This document shows, piece after piece, positions 1 to 32,279 of a stretch of 64,000 nucleotides of DNA. The stretch comes from Schmidtea polychroa. Taxonomy: Eukaryota. The position numbers were made by a program, and so were the translations under genes. The DNA is taken from positions 50,718,001-50,782,000 of the forward strand of contig CM097885.1 of NCBI GenBank assembly GCA_044892525.1. The letters are read 5' to 3'. Below the pieces are notes generated by a model. It was given only the letters and a program-made list of their open reading frames with translations, ran no database searches and was not told where the DNA came from. Position 1 is the stretch's first letter. Each line of letters begins with the position of its first letter.

Positions 1-446
1 TTAAACGGTTTTTTGTAAATTGCTTTAGTTTTCAAAAAAGAAGGTCAACGATTTTGAAGGTATTTGCTACTAATAATGAGATTTATTCTATGTGAATATG
101 TTACTCATTTAGAAACCAGATAAACATGCACAGTTCGCAATTTTCTGTTAAATTAAAGTAATAATTTTTAAATAAGTAAATTAATATAAAAAAAAGTTAA
201 AGTTAAAAATTTTAAATTAAAGTAAATTAATAAATAAAAGTAAGCAAGATTTTTAAATTTATTAACAAAAAGATTGAATAACCACAAACATTTTGAGAAA
301 TTTAATTTTTTAATAGAAATTTTAATGGAATATTTTTTTAGTCAATTTTTGTAAAAACATTTTATGAAATATTTTCTTAAGAAAATTTTTAATAGAAATT
401 TTAATGGAATAATTTTGAAAGACAAATTTAAATGCAAATTTCAAAG

Positions 447-506
<60 letters not shown>

Positions 507-1105
507 GTAATAATAGTAATAATAATAGTAATAATAATAGTAATAATAATAATAATTTTAATAATAATAATAATAATTATATTAATAATAATAATAATAA
601 TAATAATTGGTCGAGGCTATGAACTTTTCATAGATCTCTTCATACATTTATTGGTTAGAGGTTTGACCTTATGTAACCTTTGGAAATTCGTTATATCGAT
701 ACATTTAAAACCACTACAAAACAAGCACTTTTAATATTCATCAAGATTAGTGTCGAAATAATTTATTTATGCCTAAATGCTATTTTAAAGCATTTTACCC
801 ATATACTATTGTAATCTGTTTCGTATATTTTATATATTTTTTAATTTAATTTAATTTATTTAAGTATATTACGTATATTTTTACTTTTTTATCAAAACAA
901 TTTAATTAAAAATTGCTTTTATTTATTAAACAATGTTGAATTAAATTATTTTTAATAATAAAAACTTTAATATTTTGGATTATTTAAATGTTAAAAAATA
1001 AATATTATAATGTAATAATATGAAAAAGTGACAAAAAATAAACGCAAAACATAATTAGAAATTTTTAAAAGGCAAACTTAAAGAGAACTAAGGATGTGCA
1101 AAAAT

Positions 1106-1680
1106 TTAATAAAAATATTCAGTAATGGGATAAAGTAACAAGGATATAAACACTCCCCAAAATAAACCTAAAATCACTTGACGAAATAAAGTTGGTTTAT
1201 TTCTATTTGCATTTGTTTTATTATGAACTTCATTTACTATTTTTTTCTCAGGTAAACATTTTTCAGTTTTAAGGTTAAGATTTTTGTTTATTAAATTTAT
1301 TTCTTTTTCTGTCATAACTTTACACATTGTGCACAATTCATATGTTTTATCAAGTCGACTTTTGTATTCATGATAATCTTGTTTGAATGTGATGGAAGAT
1401 TTCGGAGAAAATTTATTTAGAAGTGTTACATATTTTGATTGTTTGTCAATACAATTTTTACACAATATTGATGAAGTGGTTTTAATTAAGGTTTGACGCT
1501 TGAAAGGTCTTGAATTTAGATTTTCGTCAAACTGTTCAACAATTGTTTTGTTATAATCTCCATTTTCATTGAATCCATTATATTGATGACAATGAGGACA
1601 AGTGAAAGAATTTCTTTTAAACACTTTTGTATTTTTTGCACAGAACCAGCAATGACAAGCACTTTTATTTGAGAATTCAT
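1106..1680 (-). pseudogene. TMEM201: TMEM201/Samp1/Ima1 N-terminal Zn-finger ORF, copy 1, frameshifted near the 5' end
   Basis: Has CPHCHQYNGFNENGDYNK plus LCxxC pairs. A 1-nt deletion at about 1652 (gcaatgac vs gcaattgac in copy 2) disconnects the ATG at 1680. Confidence 0.8.
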
Positions 1681-1830
1681 TGTTATGATTAATTGTATTA
1701 GGTTTTTAATTATATATTTATTGTAATAATCATTGTAATATTTATTTAATTAAATTGTATTTTCTTAAATTTAATTGGTTTCAAATATATATTTTTTAAT
1801 TTTAAGAAAACGCCAATCAAACATTCTTTT

Positions 1831-1871
1831 CACAATGTATTTCGACAGTTTTCCTGTCATCATCAGGTAGG
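1831..1871 (-). ncRNA. Minimal hammerhead ribozyme-like motif (Penelope type)
   Basis: Minus strand reads ccuac-CUGAUGA-u-GACAG-gaaaa-CUGUC-GAAA-uacauu-gug. Both core boxes are present with a perfect 5-bp stem II; stems I and III are short. Confidence 0.55.
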
Positions 1872-2569
1872 ATATAATAACTATATCAATTAAGGATTTT
1901 TAACAAATTTATTAATTTTATTGATTATATAAAATAATTTTTAATAAAAATATTTCATTCTTTTTCAAAATTATAATTAAAATAATATATTGTATTTTAA
2001 ATTTTAACATTTAGAATTTAATATAATAATTTTATAAATTATCAATTATTTAATTTAACAATACAATATACAAAAACCTATTTAAAAACATTTTAAACAC
2101 AAGTATTCACTGAATTCTGCACATTAAACGGTTTTTTGTAAATTGCTTTAGTTTTCAAAAAAGAAGGTCAACGATTTTGAAGGTATTTGCTACTAATAAT
2201 GAGATTTATTCTATGTGAATATGTTACTCATTTAGAAACCAGATAAACATGCACAGTTCGCAATTTTCTGTTAAATTAAAGTAATAATTTTTAAATAAGT
2301 AAATTAATATAAAAAAAAGTTAAAGTTAAAAATTTTAAATTAAAGTAAATTAATAAATAAAAGTAAGCAAGATTTTTAAATTTATTAACAAAAAGATTGA
2401 ATAACCACAAACATTTTGAGAAATTTAATTTTTTAATAGAAATTTTAATGGAATATTTTTTTAGTCAATTTTTGTAAAAACATTTTATGAAATATTTTCT
2501 TAAGAAAATTTTTAATAGAAATTTTAATGGAATAATTTTGAAAGACAAATTTAAATGCAAATTTCAAAG

Positions 2570-2605
<36 letters not shown>

Positions 2606-3201
2606 GTAATAATAGTAATAATAGTAATAATAATAGTAATAATAATAATAATTTTAATAATAATAATAATAATTATATTAATAATAATAATAATAATAAT
2701 AATTGGTCGAGGCTATGAACTTTTCATAGATCTCTTCATACATTTATTGGTTAGAGGTTTGACCTTATGTAACCTTTGGAAATTCGTTATATCGATACAT
2801 TTAAAACCACTACAAAACAAGCACTTTTAATATTCATCAAGATTAGTGTCGAAATAATTTATTTATGCCTAAATGCTATTTTAAAGCATTTTACCCATAT
2901 ACTATTGTAATCTGTTTCGTATATTTTATATATTTTTTAATTTAATTTAATTTATTTAAGTATATTACGTATATTTTTACTTTTTTATCAAAACAATTTA
3001 ATTAAAAATTGCTTTTATTTATTAAACAATGTTGAATTAAATTATTTTTAATAATAAAAACTTTAATATTTTGGATTATTTAAATGTTAAAAAATAAATA
3101 TTATAATGTAATAATATGAAAAAGTGACAAAAAATAAACGCAAAACATAATTAGAAATTTTTAAAAGGCAAACTTAAAGAGAACTAAGGATGTGCAAAAA
3201 T

Positions 3202-3777
3202 TTAATAAAAATATTCAGTAATGGGATAAAGTAACAAGGATATAAACACTCCCCAAAATAAACCTAAAATCACTTGACGAAATAAAGTTGGTTTATTTCT
3301 ATTTTCATTTGTTTTATTATGAACTTCATTTACTATTTTTTTCTCAGGTAAACATTTTTCAGTTTTAAGGTTAAGATTTTTGTTTATTAAATTTATTTCT
3401 TTTTCTGTCATAACTTTACACATTGTGCACAATTCATATGTTTTATCAAGTCGACTTTTGTATTCATGATAATCTTGTTTGAATGTGATGGAAGATTTCG
3501 GAGAAAATTTATTTAGAAGTGTTACATATTTTGATTGTTTGTCAATACAATTTTTACACAATATTGATGAAGTGGTTTTAATTAAGGTTTGACGCTTGAA
3601 AGGTCTTGAATTTAGATTTTCGTCAAACTGTTCAACAATTGTTTTGTTATAATCTCCATTTTCATTGAATCCATTATATTGATGACAATGAGGACAAGTG
3701 AAAGAATTTCTTTTAAACACTTTTGTATTTTTTGCACAGAACCAGCAATTGACAAGCACTTTTATTTGAGAATTCAT
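3202..3777 (-). CDS. TMEM201: TMEM201/Samp1/Ima1 N-terminal Zn-finger protein with one C-terminal TM segment, copy 2
   Basis: VNCWFC...CPHCHQYNGFNENGDYNK...LCKNC...YELCTMC matches the Ima1_N pattern and is followed by a hydrophobic stretch. It lacks 2 aa (VN) relative to copies 3 and 4. Confidence 0.8.
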   Translation of the reverse strand: MNSQIKVLVNCWFCAKNTKVFKRNSFTCPHCHQYNGFNENGDYNKTIVEQFDENLNSRPFKRQTLIKTTSSILCKNCIDKQSKYVTLLNKFSPKSSITFKQDYHEYKSRLDKTYELCTMCKVMTEKEINLINKNLNLKTEKCLPEKKIVNEVHNKTNENRNKPTLFRQVILGLFWGVFISLLLYPITEYFY

Positions 3778-4179
3778 TGTTATGATTAATTGTATTAGGT
3801 TTTTAATTATATATTTATTGTAATAATCATTGTAATATTTATTTAATTAAATTGTATTTTCTTAAATTTAATTGGTTTCAAATATATATTTTTTAATTTT
3901 AAGAAAACGCCAATCAAACATTCTTTTCACAATGTATTTCGACAATTTACCTGTCATCGTGATTTTTTCAAGACTATTGAGATATTCAATAATTTCATAT
4001 ATTATTTTTTTAAGGTTATATAAATAAATTAATAAATTTACATTTTAATATATGAAATACTTAACCTAAGATTTGGTACTTTTAATTTCTACAATTCTCT
4101 AAAAAAACTTTAACTGTAATATATTTAAAATATGAAAATGCTTTTAATACCTGTGAAATCACTATATTACATTATTAAA

Positions 4180-4640
4180 TAACTATAAATTTAATACAAT
4201 TTTGTAACTGTCCTATGTCAAAATTATTTCAGAGTCTAGGAATGTCAGTGGTTTGTTCAGTAATAAATTTGTGACTATCTGACATCTCTGTTCACGAGTT
4301 CGAGAATATGTTAAATTGATGGAAAATAATAATATTATTGAGTATAATAAGACATACAAGTTAGAAATCGATTATTCCAATTGTAAAGTATTATCTATGG
4401 TTTTCAAAAATTATAAGGAACATATTACTTTTGAGGCATTGATGATAAAATCAAGCAATACATAAACCATCATTCAAATTATATTAACCACGTATATTTT
4501 GAGTGTTTAATTAATTTTATTAGGATTAATAAATTATTTGTATTCAGCACGTATAATTACGTATTACTAATGAAATGTAATCGATTTATTGAAGTTATTT
4601 AGTGTCTTATAGTGGCAACGAAGATGTCGAAATATATTGC
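4180..4640 (+). mobile_element. Highly degenerate Penelope-like GIY-YIG 3' remnant; inverted copy of about 3965-4409 at about 29877-30324
   Basis: Nucleotide resemblance to the GIY-YIG region at 55808-56116 (catctctgttcacgagtt; gaggcattgatgat). The reverse-complement copy is visible at 29877-30324. Confidence 0.4.
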
Positions 4641-5037
4641 AAATATATTTTTAAAATAATGATGTAATTTTTTTTATTTTTATATAATTTTAAATTTAGC
4701 AAAATACGATTAAGTAAATTTTCTTTTCTAATTCTAATAATTTTCTGTTTTATTATTATATTAATTTTAAATAAATTATAACGAATTTAAAATTTCCTGA
4801 AAATTTTCAATAAATATTTCGAATAAATTTTTATTATTAGTTATTTATATAAATTACATAAAGATGAAATTTTCTTTCAGTAAATATTTTTCATGCAGTG
4901 ATAAAAAATAATAATAAATATATCGGAAATAAATAACCATAAATTCAAAGAAATATTCATCTAAATAAATCTGTCTAATAACTAAAAAAGTTTCTCATTT
5001 AGAAAGAATTTAAAAAATTCACAACTGTTATTCTGAT

Positions 5038-24048
<19,011 letters not shown>

Positions 24049-24415
24049 TGTTAAATAAACTGCAAAAGACAATAAAATAAAATCGGTTGAAATTTGAAGT
24101 TGTTACTTGTCACATATAATTTCTAACTTAATTTCTTCTGTTCTTCCTCACAAAATTTCCTTCCTCTTCAACAAGTTTCATTGAATAGAAATTCTATTGG
24201 AAAATGCAAAATTCATTCTCAATGATAAGAAAAAATTCTGCTTAAATAATAACAATAATACTATCTGAGAAACGCATCGGCTCATGAATACGTAAATGCT
24301 TGTCAATTCGTTTCCTAAAAAAGACATCTAGTCGAAAATGAAACTTATTATTGCATATTTATTAACTGAATTTTTTCTACTTGAACGATATTGATTTATT
24401 TCAACCAATCAAATT

Positions 24416-24680
<265 letters not shown>

Positions 24681-24812
24681 AAAATTGGTTCGATATAACC
24701 AGGGAACAAAAAAAGTAGGAAAAAAACGTTTTTTAATTATTATTAAAACATCAAAAATAATAAGATATGCAAGAGTTTTATTATAATTTAATATAATTTT
24801 TTATATTTAATA

Positions 24813-26560
24813 CTCCCTCCGTCCGGAAATATGGTATACATTTGAGCGATTTTTGTTGTCCGGAAATATGGTATACATTTGCGAAAAAATAAAATAAATC
24901 AAAAAATGTACATGACAAGTTTATTATATTACCTTTATTTGAAACATTTTAATAAATATAAATGTAAATATTAAATAAAATTTAAAAAAATAAATATTAA
25001 TAAGTTCACTCGAAATTTGATTTGGCTTTATTGTATGCTTCTTTAGAACATACATATTTTTCTAGCAGTAAACCTTCGCGACGAAGTTTTCCTTTACTTA
25101 AATGAGGTATTTTATAGCCATTTCCTCCATCTGCTAACATAATTGACTCCATACATGCTTGCAATGTTGTAAAAACGTTATCGAGAGTATTCGCTTCTAA
25201 TTGATGAAATGCATCTTGAACACAATTTATTAATTCGTCAATTGTGTGTGGCGAAGCTTCATGTTGCAGCGATTGTATGGAGTTGAAAAAACCTAAATCG
25301 AGAACATTTAAATCGGGGCTATTTGCCGGTTGCGCCTTAAATTTAATATTCCAGTCATCAGCAGAACCAAGAGCGACAATATCTGCATCATTATCAGAAA
25401 AATGTGGTTTCGCATTGTCTTGTACGTAAATTGTTTTCTTTTTGTAAGCTGGCGGAAATTTAGATTTATTGCGGGAATTACATTATCAATGATCATGTTT
25501 TTGCAATGTACTGCTGTAACAGATTCCACATTTTTTGTTATCATTGTCCCTTTAGCCCTGTTCTTAGAATTTCTGTGAGCTGGTTCTTGATAAACAAATG
25601 GCCATATTCCAATTTTCCCATCAAAATAATGCTTTCGATGTGCATCATAGCGTGGTCGAGCTACTGCAGCCAGGAACATTACTTTCGTAATAAATCGCTT
25701 ACTTTTGCAGTTTCTCTCCGGTTTTTCTTCGTTTAACATTAAGTAATAAGAGCGCTTAACTTTAGTTAGATAAAACCACTTTTCATCAGTGTGAACGTAG
25801 TCGTACAAATCATCAAAAAGCAAATCTCCATTATTAGCAAGATTTACTTTAGACAAGCAAAATTCCAATCGATATATTTCATTTTTATCTGTTAAAGTTG
25901 GTTTAACTGTAGAAGATATTCTCTTGATATACTTTCCCGATTTGAATATATCAAACAAAGTTGATTTTGGAATACCAATTGCAAAGGAAAGACTGCGAAG
26001 CGTTCCTCGACGATTTAATGGTGTATTCTTTATTTGCGCTAAATTGTTCGAATAGTATTTAGGTTTTCTTCCGCATCTTTTTTTCTTTTTTGAAGAAACA
26101 TCGGCACATATCTTACCTTTTCTGTATTGAGTTTGTGCTGCATGCCAAATTCTGCTAACGGTTAGCCGGGAAACTTGAAACGCAGTAGCAACTTCGTTGA
26201 TTGCACCGTGTTTTAACTTATTCTCCTTCATCTGCTGTAATAATTTTTCAAAAATACATTGACGTTGTTCTTTAGTTAACTGTTTATATTTTGAATCTCT
26301 TCTTTCTAAATTTAACAAATTTCCTTCCACATTTTCCATATTCGTCTTGCAGCGGTACTAATTTTATCTACCTCAAGAAACACTGATGTTTGAGTGGTAA
26401 GTTTTTAACTAAGAATGATATTACTTAAGCCAAATATTTTAGGTTATATTGTCATGAATATTTACTATGACAATGTCATGACAGTTGCCTATTTATTTTT
26501 ATATTCACGATAATCTACGATTTTTGTTGAAATGTATACCATATTACCGGACGGAGGGAG
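24813..26560 (-). mobile_element. Full-length DD39D-type Tc1/mariner transposon with TA target duplication
   Basis: TIRs ctccctccgtccggaaatatggtatacattt and aaatgtataccatattaccggacggagggag. TA at 24811-12 and 26561-62. Subterminal direct repeat at 24858-24881. Confidence 0.95.
25006..26339 (-). pseudogene. DD39D transposase, frameshifted near 25460
   Basis: HTDEKWF gives D1. The shifted frame reads QDNAKPH...NSPDLNVLDLGFF, with 39 residues between D2 and D3 by my count. Confidence 0.9.
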
Positions 26561-26562
26561 TA

Positions 26563-28013
26563 TAATTTAAAATATTAGTTTGCTTCATAGAATTTAACTT
26601 GATGTCTCGAATGTGCCATCTAGTGACAGAGAGTGTTGTAAAAATAGATTTCGGTGTGGTGTTATTCTCTGAAAATTGAGTCAAAATCTCCAAAGCTGCC
26701 TGAGCTTGTGAATACACTACAATAGGTAGTATTTCTTCGACACTTTCATCTTCATCTTCACTGTCCTCTTGTTGAAGAACAGCTTGAAGAATGTCTTCCT
26801 CCGAGGGGATTTCAGATGTCACCAGATCCTCATCAATGGAAGCAAAGTCATCCAAGTCTTCAGCATGCGAAAAGATGTTTATTCTTTTTACCTCTAACCA
26901 TTGCGGTAAGGGAAGATCGTCCTTCTCAGAATATTGATAGGTGGAAACGAAACTCGTCATTCAAACAAGATTTATTAAAACAGTGAGATAGTTAAAGATT
27001 TGACACTGTCCCAAGCATCCTTTATCAGGCAAATTGCATCCAGAACAGTTATTTTGTCATCTTTGCCATTTTCTCTTCTTTCAATCAAAAGCAAAACAAG
27101 AAATCTTCGGAAATAATCTTTCAGATTTTTGATTACCCCCATGTTCATTGGCTGCAAGATTGATGTTGCATTTGGTGGTAGAATAACCAACTTAATGTGG
27201 GTTGGATTGGGAATTTTTGGATGAGCTGGGCAGTTGTCAATTACCAGTAAAATCTTCCTTTTTGGTGATTAAATCTTTTTTTTTCACTTTGACAAGTAAT
27301 TTTTAAAGATTTCAGATGACATCTATGTCTTTTTGTTTGCTGTATATTCAACAATATTGTTTCTGTTTTTAAATCGATCTAGCCATCCAATGCTGCAAGT
27401 AAAGTTATCATGACCCAGTTGTTCTGCAAACTTTTCTGCCTGAATCTTTAAAATTGGGTCATTACTTGGGCATCTCTCTGCACTTGAAACCATAAAATTA
27501 ATGCACGATCAACATTACCTTTTTCACAAGTTTTAATTTTTTTTCAGTTTGGAGTGTTAGTTTTTTATGCCGATAATATTGTGTCTTTATTTCTCTAAAA
27601 TGTTGAAACTGCTGATTTTTAAAGATTGTATTTCTTACAAACCTGTGAATTTTTATCTCTGCTTTCCAATTTATGAATAATTTCTACTTTTTTTAGAATT
27701 GAGAGGATCTTTCCTTTGTTTGTACCCATGTTCACAGAAGTTGATTTGAAAATATAATTAAACGGCACAAAATTTTAATTTAATCTTAAGATTAAATTGT
27801 TGAGATTGAATAAAAGATATTTTAATTGAACTTTTAAATCGAAAATTAAAAAAAATCTTATTTTAGAATATTTTTTTAAATAAAAAAATGTGTTTGTTTT
27901 AACCGTTTTGGTTCTTTGTAAGCAAGAAAATCCTATGTTAAAATAGCTTGAACCAAACCAAGATTTTTTTTTGTTCGCTATAAGCAGGAGTTCGTAGTAA
28001 CCGAGTTCGACTG
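26563..28013 (-). mobile_element. Degenerate Tigger/pogo (CENP-B-like DDE_1) transposon, interrupted at its 3' end by the DD39D element
   Basis: LLVIDNCPAH and LPPNATSILQPMNMGVIKNLK motifs. Terminus ta|cagtcgaactcggttactacgaac at 28013. A remainder continues at about 24680-24810. Confidence 0.85.
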
Positions 28014-28376
28014 TATCTTTTTACTATTGAAATTCTTTAATGTTTTAAAATTGACAATTATTTTTAAAGATTAAAAATTTGAATACTTATCTTAAATTAT
28101 TAATGTGCAATGGCAGTTTTAAGAATTTTCTGGTAAAGTACATTATTTTTAAACTGTTGGATTTGTTTTGTGTGTCTTTTCGTCAGTTGTTTGAACAATG
28201 TGTTTTTGCAACTGAAAAATAGAATTTATTTTAATTTAAGATGTATTGATTAAGTCAAAAGGAATAACATTGAGAAAGTTTTTATTTTTTATCATAATCA
28301 TTTGCTTGACTCCAAGTTTATAAACCAACAAAGCCTGTCCTCGAGTTTGACCATCTTCTGAAATCAAAGCTCCAAA

Positions 28377-28820
28377 TTATCCTGCAACTCGCCTTGCGTT
28401 CATATAATCCCGACTGCTCTCTTCGATAAATCTCTTAGCGATGACGCTATTAATAGAAGTTTCGAAAGCATTATAATCTCTCCAAATTGTCTCAATACGA
28501 AGCAATGGTGTAACAATAGCCGGATGATAGATTCGACGTGTGGCAATTATCTTTTGACTTTCAGTATATTGACTGGTGGCAAAACTCTTTAAATCCAAAC
28601 CCATTGTCTCAATACCATCCATAGAATAAACAATAGTCCGATGAGAAATTCGACGTCTAGCAATTGTTTTTTGACTTTCAGCATATTGACTGATGACTTG
28701 AGTTGATTTTAAGAAATCCATATAATCTGACCAAATAGATGAACCCAGTTTATCTACTTCGTAACCATAAGCTGGAGCCATTCTTTCTTTGAAATTAGGA
28801 GTTTTGTTATCTTTATTTGA
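28377..28820 (-). pseudogene. CSTF3: CstF-77 / suppressor of forked HAT-repeat fragment with internal duplication
   Basis: FKERMAPAY...IWSDYMDFLK...YAESQK...IETIWRDYNAFE...SRDYMNARRVA matches the CstF-77 N-terminal HAT region. The SQY.ESQK.IA.RRI block occurs twice, about 120 bp apart. Confidence 0.8.
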
Positions 28821-29589
28821 GTTTTTATTCAAAAAATCATTCCGACAAAACAAATGCATGTTTTTAAAACAAAGCTTTTAACCCAATTCCAGAAACCTAA
28901 TTCCAAAAAATCAATTCGAAATTATTATAAAAAATAAATACCCACAATTCCAAATAATTCACCATTCCTCGGGTCTGTGTGCGCACACATACATGAATCA
29001 CAATTTTAATAACAACGTGCACACAGACGCGATAAAAATGACAAAAAACAACCCGCCCGCGTATGTGTGCTTGACACAATAACCACCACAATTGCACACA
29101 GACGCGAGGCCGAATTCATATAGCCAGTCAGAGAGAGAAGTCATTCCCTCTCTGATTGGTAGAAACATGTATTGTATTCATTATTATTTATTTGAAATTC
29201 GTTGATTGGTGTTCTTTAAATTTGAATTCATGCATATAAATTTAACTAATTATTTTTAGATTTAATTCACTTTTATACTGTTCCAAAGTAAACAAGGTAA
29301 ACATGAATCACAATGATATGGGTCAAACTCCCCTTACTCCTTGCTGAGGATTTTTGCTTTTTTTACGAAAATTCCTAGTATTTTTAAATAGGTCATTAAA
29401 AGTACTACACGTACCCATGGCAACCTCATGATTATTATGACAACTGCCAATTTTTTAGTGTAAGTGACGATCAATCCAATTTATTGTTTCAAATAGACTT
29501 TAAGACCATGGGCCCGCAAGGACAAAGGCAGTCTATATAGTTTAATTAATATGTAAGTCATACACACTATATACTTTTATTATTACTTT

Positions 29590-29860
29590 TATAAAAAGTA
29601 ACTGTGTGTAAGGTGCAATAAATAAGGGATAGTTCCACAACTTTTAAGAATCGAAAATTATGATCTAAAATTGGCTTTAAAACCATGGTCCCTCCGAGAC
29701 AATGACACAAATACTATATAATTTAATTAATATATAAGTCATATGTATACTTTGGGGGTAGAAAACTGATTGTACGCTTGCATGTATGTAATGTTCAATA
29801 AATAAAAGATCGTTCATCAACTTTTAAAAATCGAAATTTGTGTATCTAAGATCGACTTCA
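29590..29860. repeat. Repeat of about 180 bp (aaataagggatagttc...aacttttaagaat); two copies here and a third at about 31930-32010
   Basis: The shared core is visible at about 29620, 29800 and 31960. Confidence 0.55.
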
Positions 29861-30762
29861 AAAAACATATTTTATATAGTTTTTTTGAAAACCATAGATA
29901 ATACTTTACAATTGGAATGATCGATTTCTAACTTGTATGTCTAATTATACTCAATAATATTATAATTTCCCATCAATTTGACATATTCTCGAACTCGTGT
30001 ATAGAGATGTCGACTAGTCACAAATTTATTACTGAACAAATCACTAACATTCCTAGACTCTGAAATAATTTTAACATAGGATAATTGCAAAATTGTATTT
30101 AATTTATAGTTATTTAATAATGTAATATAGTTATTTCACAGGTATTAAAAGTATTTTCATATTTTAAATATATTACAGTTAAAATTCTTTCAGAGACTTG
30201 TAGAAATTAAAAGTCTCAAATTTTAGGTTAAGTATTTCATATATTAAAAAGTATATTTATTAATTCATTTATATAACCCTAAAAAAATAATATGAAATTA
30301 TTGAATATCTCAAAAGTCTTGAAGAAACTCGAAAATACTCATTGCACAAACATTGTTGCAAAATGTCGACTTCTAGTAATTTGCGAAAAACAGAAAATTG
30401 CGAAATGAGTATAATATTCACTGAGAATAAATCTCATTATTAGTAGCAAATACCTTCAAAATCGTTGACCTTCTTTTTTAAAACTAAACCAATTTACAAT
30501 AAACCGTTTAATGTGCAGAATTCAGTGAATACTTGTGTTTTAAAAGTTTTAGATAGGTTTTTGTATATTGTATTGTTAAATTACATAATTAATAATTTAT
30601 TAAATTATTATATTAAATTCTAAATGTTAAAATTTAAAATATAATATATTATTTTAATTATACTTTTTAAAAAGAATGAAATATTTTTATTAAAAATGTT
30701 TTTATATAATCAATAAAATTAATAAATTTGTTTAAAATCCTTAATTTATATAGTTATTATAT

Positions 30763-30803
30763 CCTATCTGATGATGACAGGAAAATTGTCGAAATACATT
30801 GTA
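30763..30803 (+). ncRNA. Minimal hammerhead ribozyme-like motif about 150 bp upstream of TMEM201 copy 3
   Basis: cctat-CTGATGA-t-GACAG-gaaaa-TTGTC-GAAA-tacatt-gta; stem II is retained through a G-U pair. Confidence 0.55.
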
Positions 30804-30953
30804 AAAAGAATGTTTGACTGACGTTTTCTTAAAATTAAAAAATATATATTTTTAACCAATTAAATTTAAGAAAATACAATTTAATTAAATAAATATTACA
30901 ATAATTATTACAATAAATATATAATTAAAAACCTAATACAAGTAATCATAACA

Positions 30954-31535
30954 ATGAATTCTCAAATAAAAGTGCCTGTCAATTGCTGGTTCTGTGCAAA
31001 AAATACAAAAGTCTTTAAAAGAAATGTAAATTCTTTCACTTGTCCTCATTGTCATCAATATAATGGATTCAATGAAAATGGAGATTATAACAAAACAATT
31101 GTTGAACAGTTTGACGAAAATCTAAATCCAAGACCTTTCAAGCGTCAAACTTCAATTAAAACCACTTCATCAATATTGTGTAAAAATTGTATTGACAAAC
31201 AATCAAAATATGTAACACTTCTAAATAAATTTTCTCCGAAATCTTCCATCACATTCAAACAAGATTATCATGAATACAAAAGTCGACTTGATAAAACATA
31301 TGAATTGTGCACAATGTGTAAAGTTATGACAGAAAAAGAAATAAATTTAATAAACAAAAATCTTAACCTTAAAACTGCAAAATGTTTATCTGAGAAAAAA
31401 ATAATAAATGAAGCTAATAATAAAACAATTGAAAATAGAAATAAACCGACTTTATTTCGTCAAGTGATTTTAGGTTTATTTTGGGGAGTGTTTATATCCT
31501 TGTTACTTCATCCCATTACTGAATATTTTTATTAA
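30954..31535 (+). CDS. TMEM201: TMEM201/Samp1/Ima1 N-terminal protein, copy 3
   Basis: Four CxxC pairs, QYNGFNENGDYNK and a TM segment. About 30425-31700 is an inverted copy of about 940-2210. Confidence 0.82.
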   Translation: MNSQIKVPVNCWFCAKNTKVFKRNVNSFTCPHCHQYNGFNENGDYNKTIVEQFDENLNPRPFKRQTSIKTTSSILCKNCIDKQSKYVTLLNKFSPKSSITFKQDYHEYKSRLDKTYELCTMCKVMTEKEINLINKNLNLKTAKCLSEKKIINEANNKTIENRNKPTLFRQVILGLFWGVFISLLLHPITEYFY

Positions 31536-32279
31536 ATTTTTGCACATTTTTTATTCTTGTCAAGTAAGTGGTTTACAAATATCTAATTATGTTTTGCGTT
31601 TATTTTTTGTCACTTTTTTATATTATTACAATTTTAATATTTATTTTTTAACATTTAAATAATTCAAAATATCAAAGTTTTTTATTTTTTGAAAAATAAT
31701 TTAATTCGAGAGCGTTAAATAAATAAATCGGTTTTATAATGAAATTTTTTTTATAATTTAATTTTTTTATTTTCATGGAAATTTTGAAAGTATTTATTTA
31801 GGTCATTTACCTACACCCTCATAAAACTTGTGTCCTTTCCATGGAATAAGTAGGTCTTAAATAAATAAATAACTAAGTAGTAAACTTAAAGCCGATCATA
31901 GAAGAAGAAAAATGGAAATCAGTGGTAGAGAACTGTTTGTGTGCATGTATATTGGCAAAAAATAAGGGATAGTTCAAGAACTTTTAAGAATAGAAATTTT
32001 TAGCGAAAAATGATGTAGTCCAAATAGATTTTTAAAGTAGTTAAATTTGATTATTGAAAGTTTTTGACGCTGTATTTCGATGATCAATGGCTCATTTCGA
32101 AGGGTTTTTTCGGGTATTCGAATGTTTATTGTGAATGGTTTTATAGACAGTCAAAATTTATATAACCAAGCAGGTATTTATTCATTTGCATTGCACATGT
32201 CTTTATTTATCATGCATATGTATTGCAAATGTGCTTTGATAATTATACAACAGTATTTATTCTGATTTTGATTGGCTAA

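Larger units (their letters stand above)
1..3958. repeat. Direct tandem duplication, unit about 2123 bp (1-2123 and 2124-3958); each unit carries a TMEM201-like ORF
   Basis: The sequence at position 1 (ttaaacggttttttgtaaat) restarts at 2124. The copies are near-identical apart from (AAT)n length. The second copy breaks off at about 3958 (ctgtcatc|gtg). Confidence 0.95.

Noticed and set aside
432..734. Poly-Ile, Asn, Tyr or Leu ORFs (also 2555, 8569, 8682, 12251, 20246-20510, 24381-24709, 40739-41021, 50016, 53219)
   Set aside because: They are translations of (AAT)n/(ATT)n microsatellites with no coding evidence.
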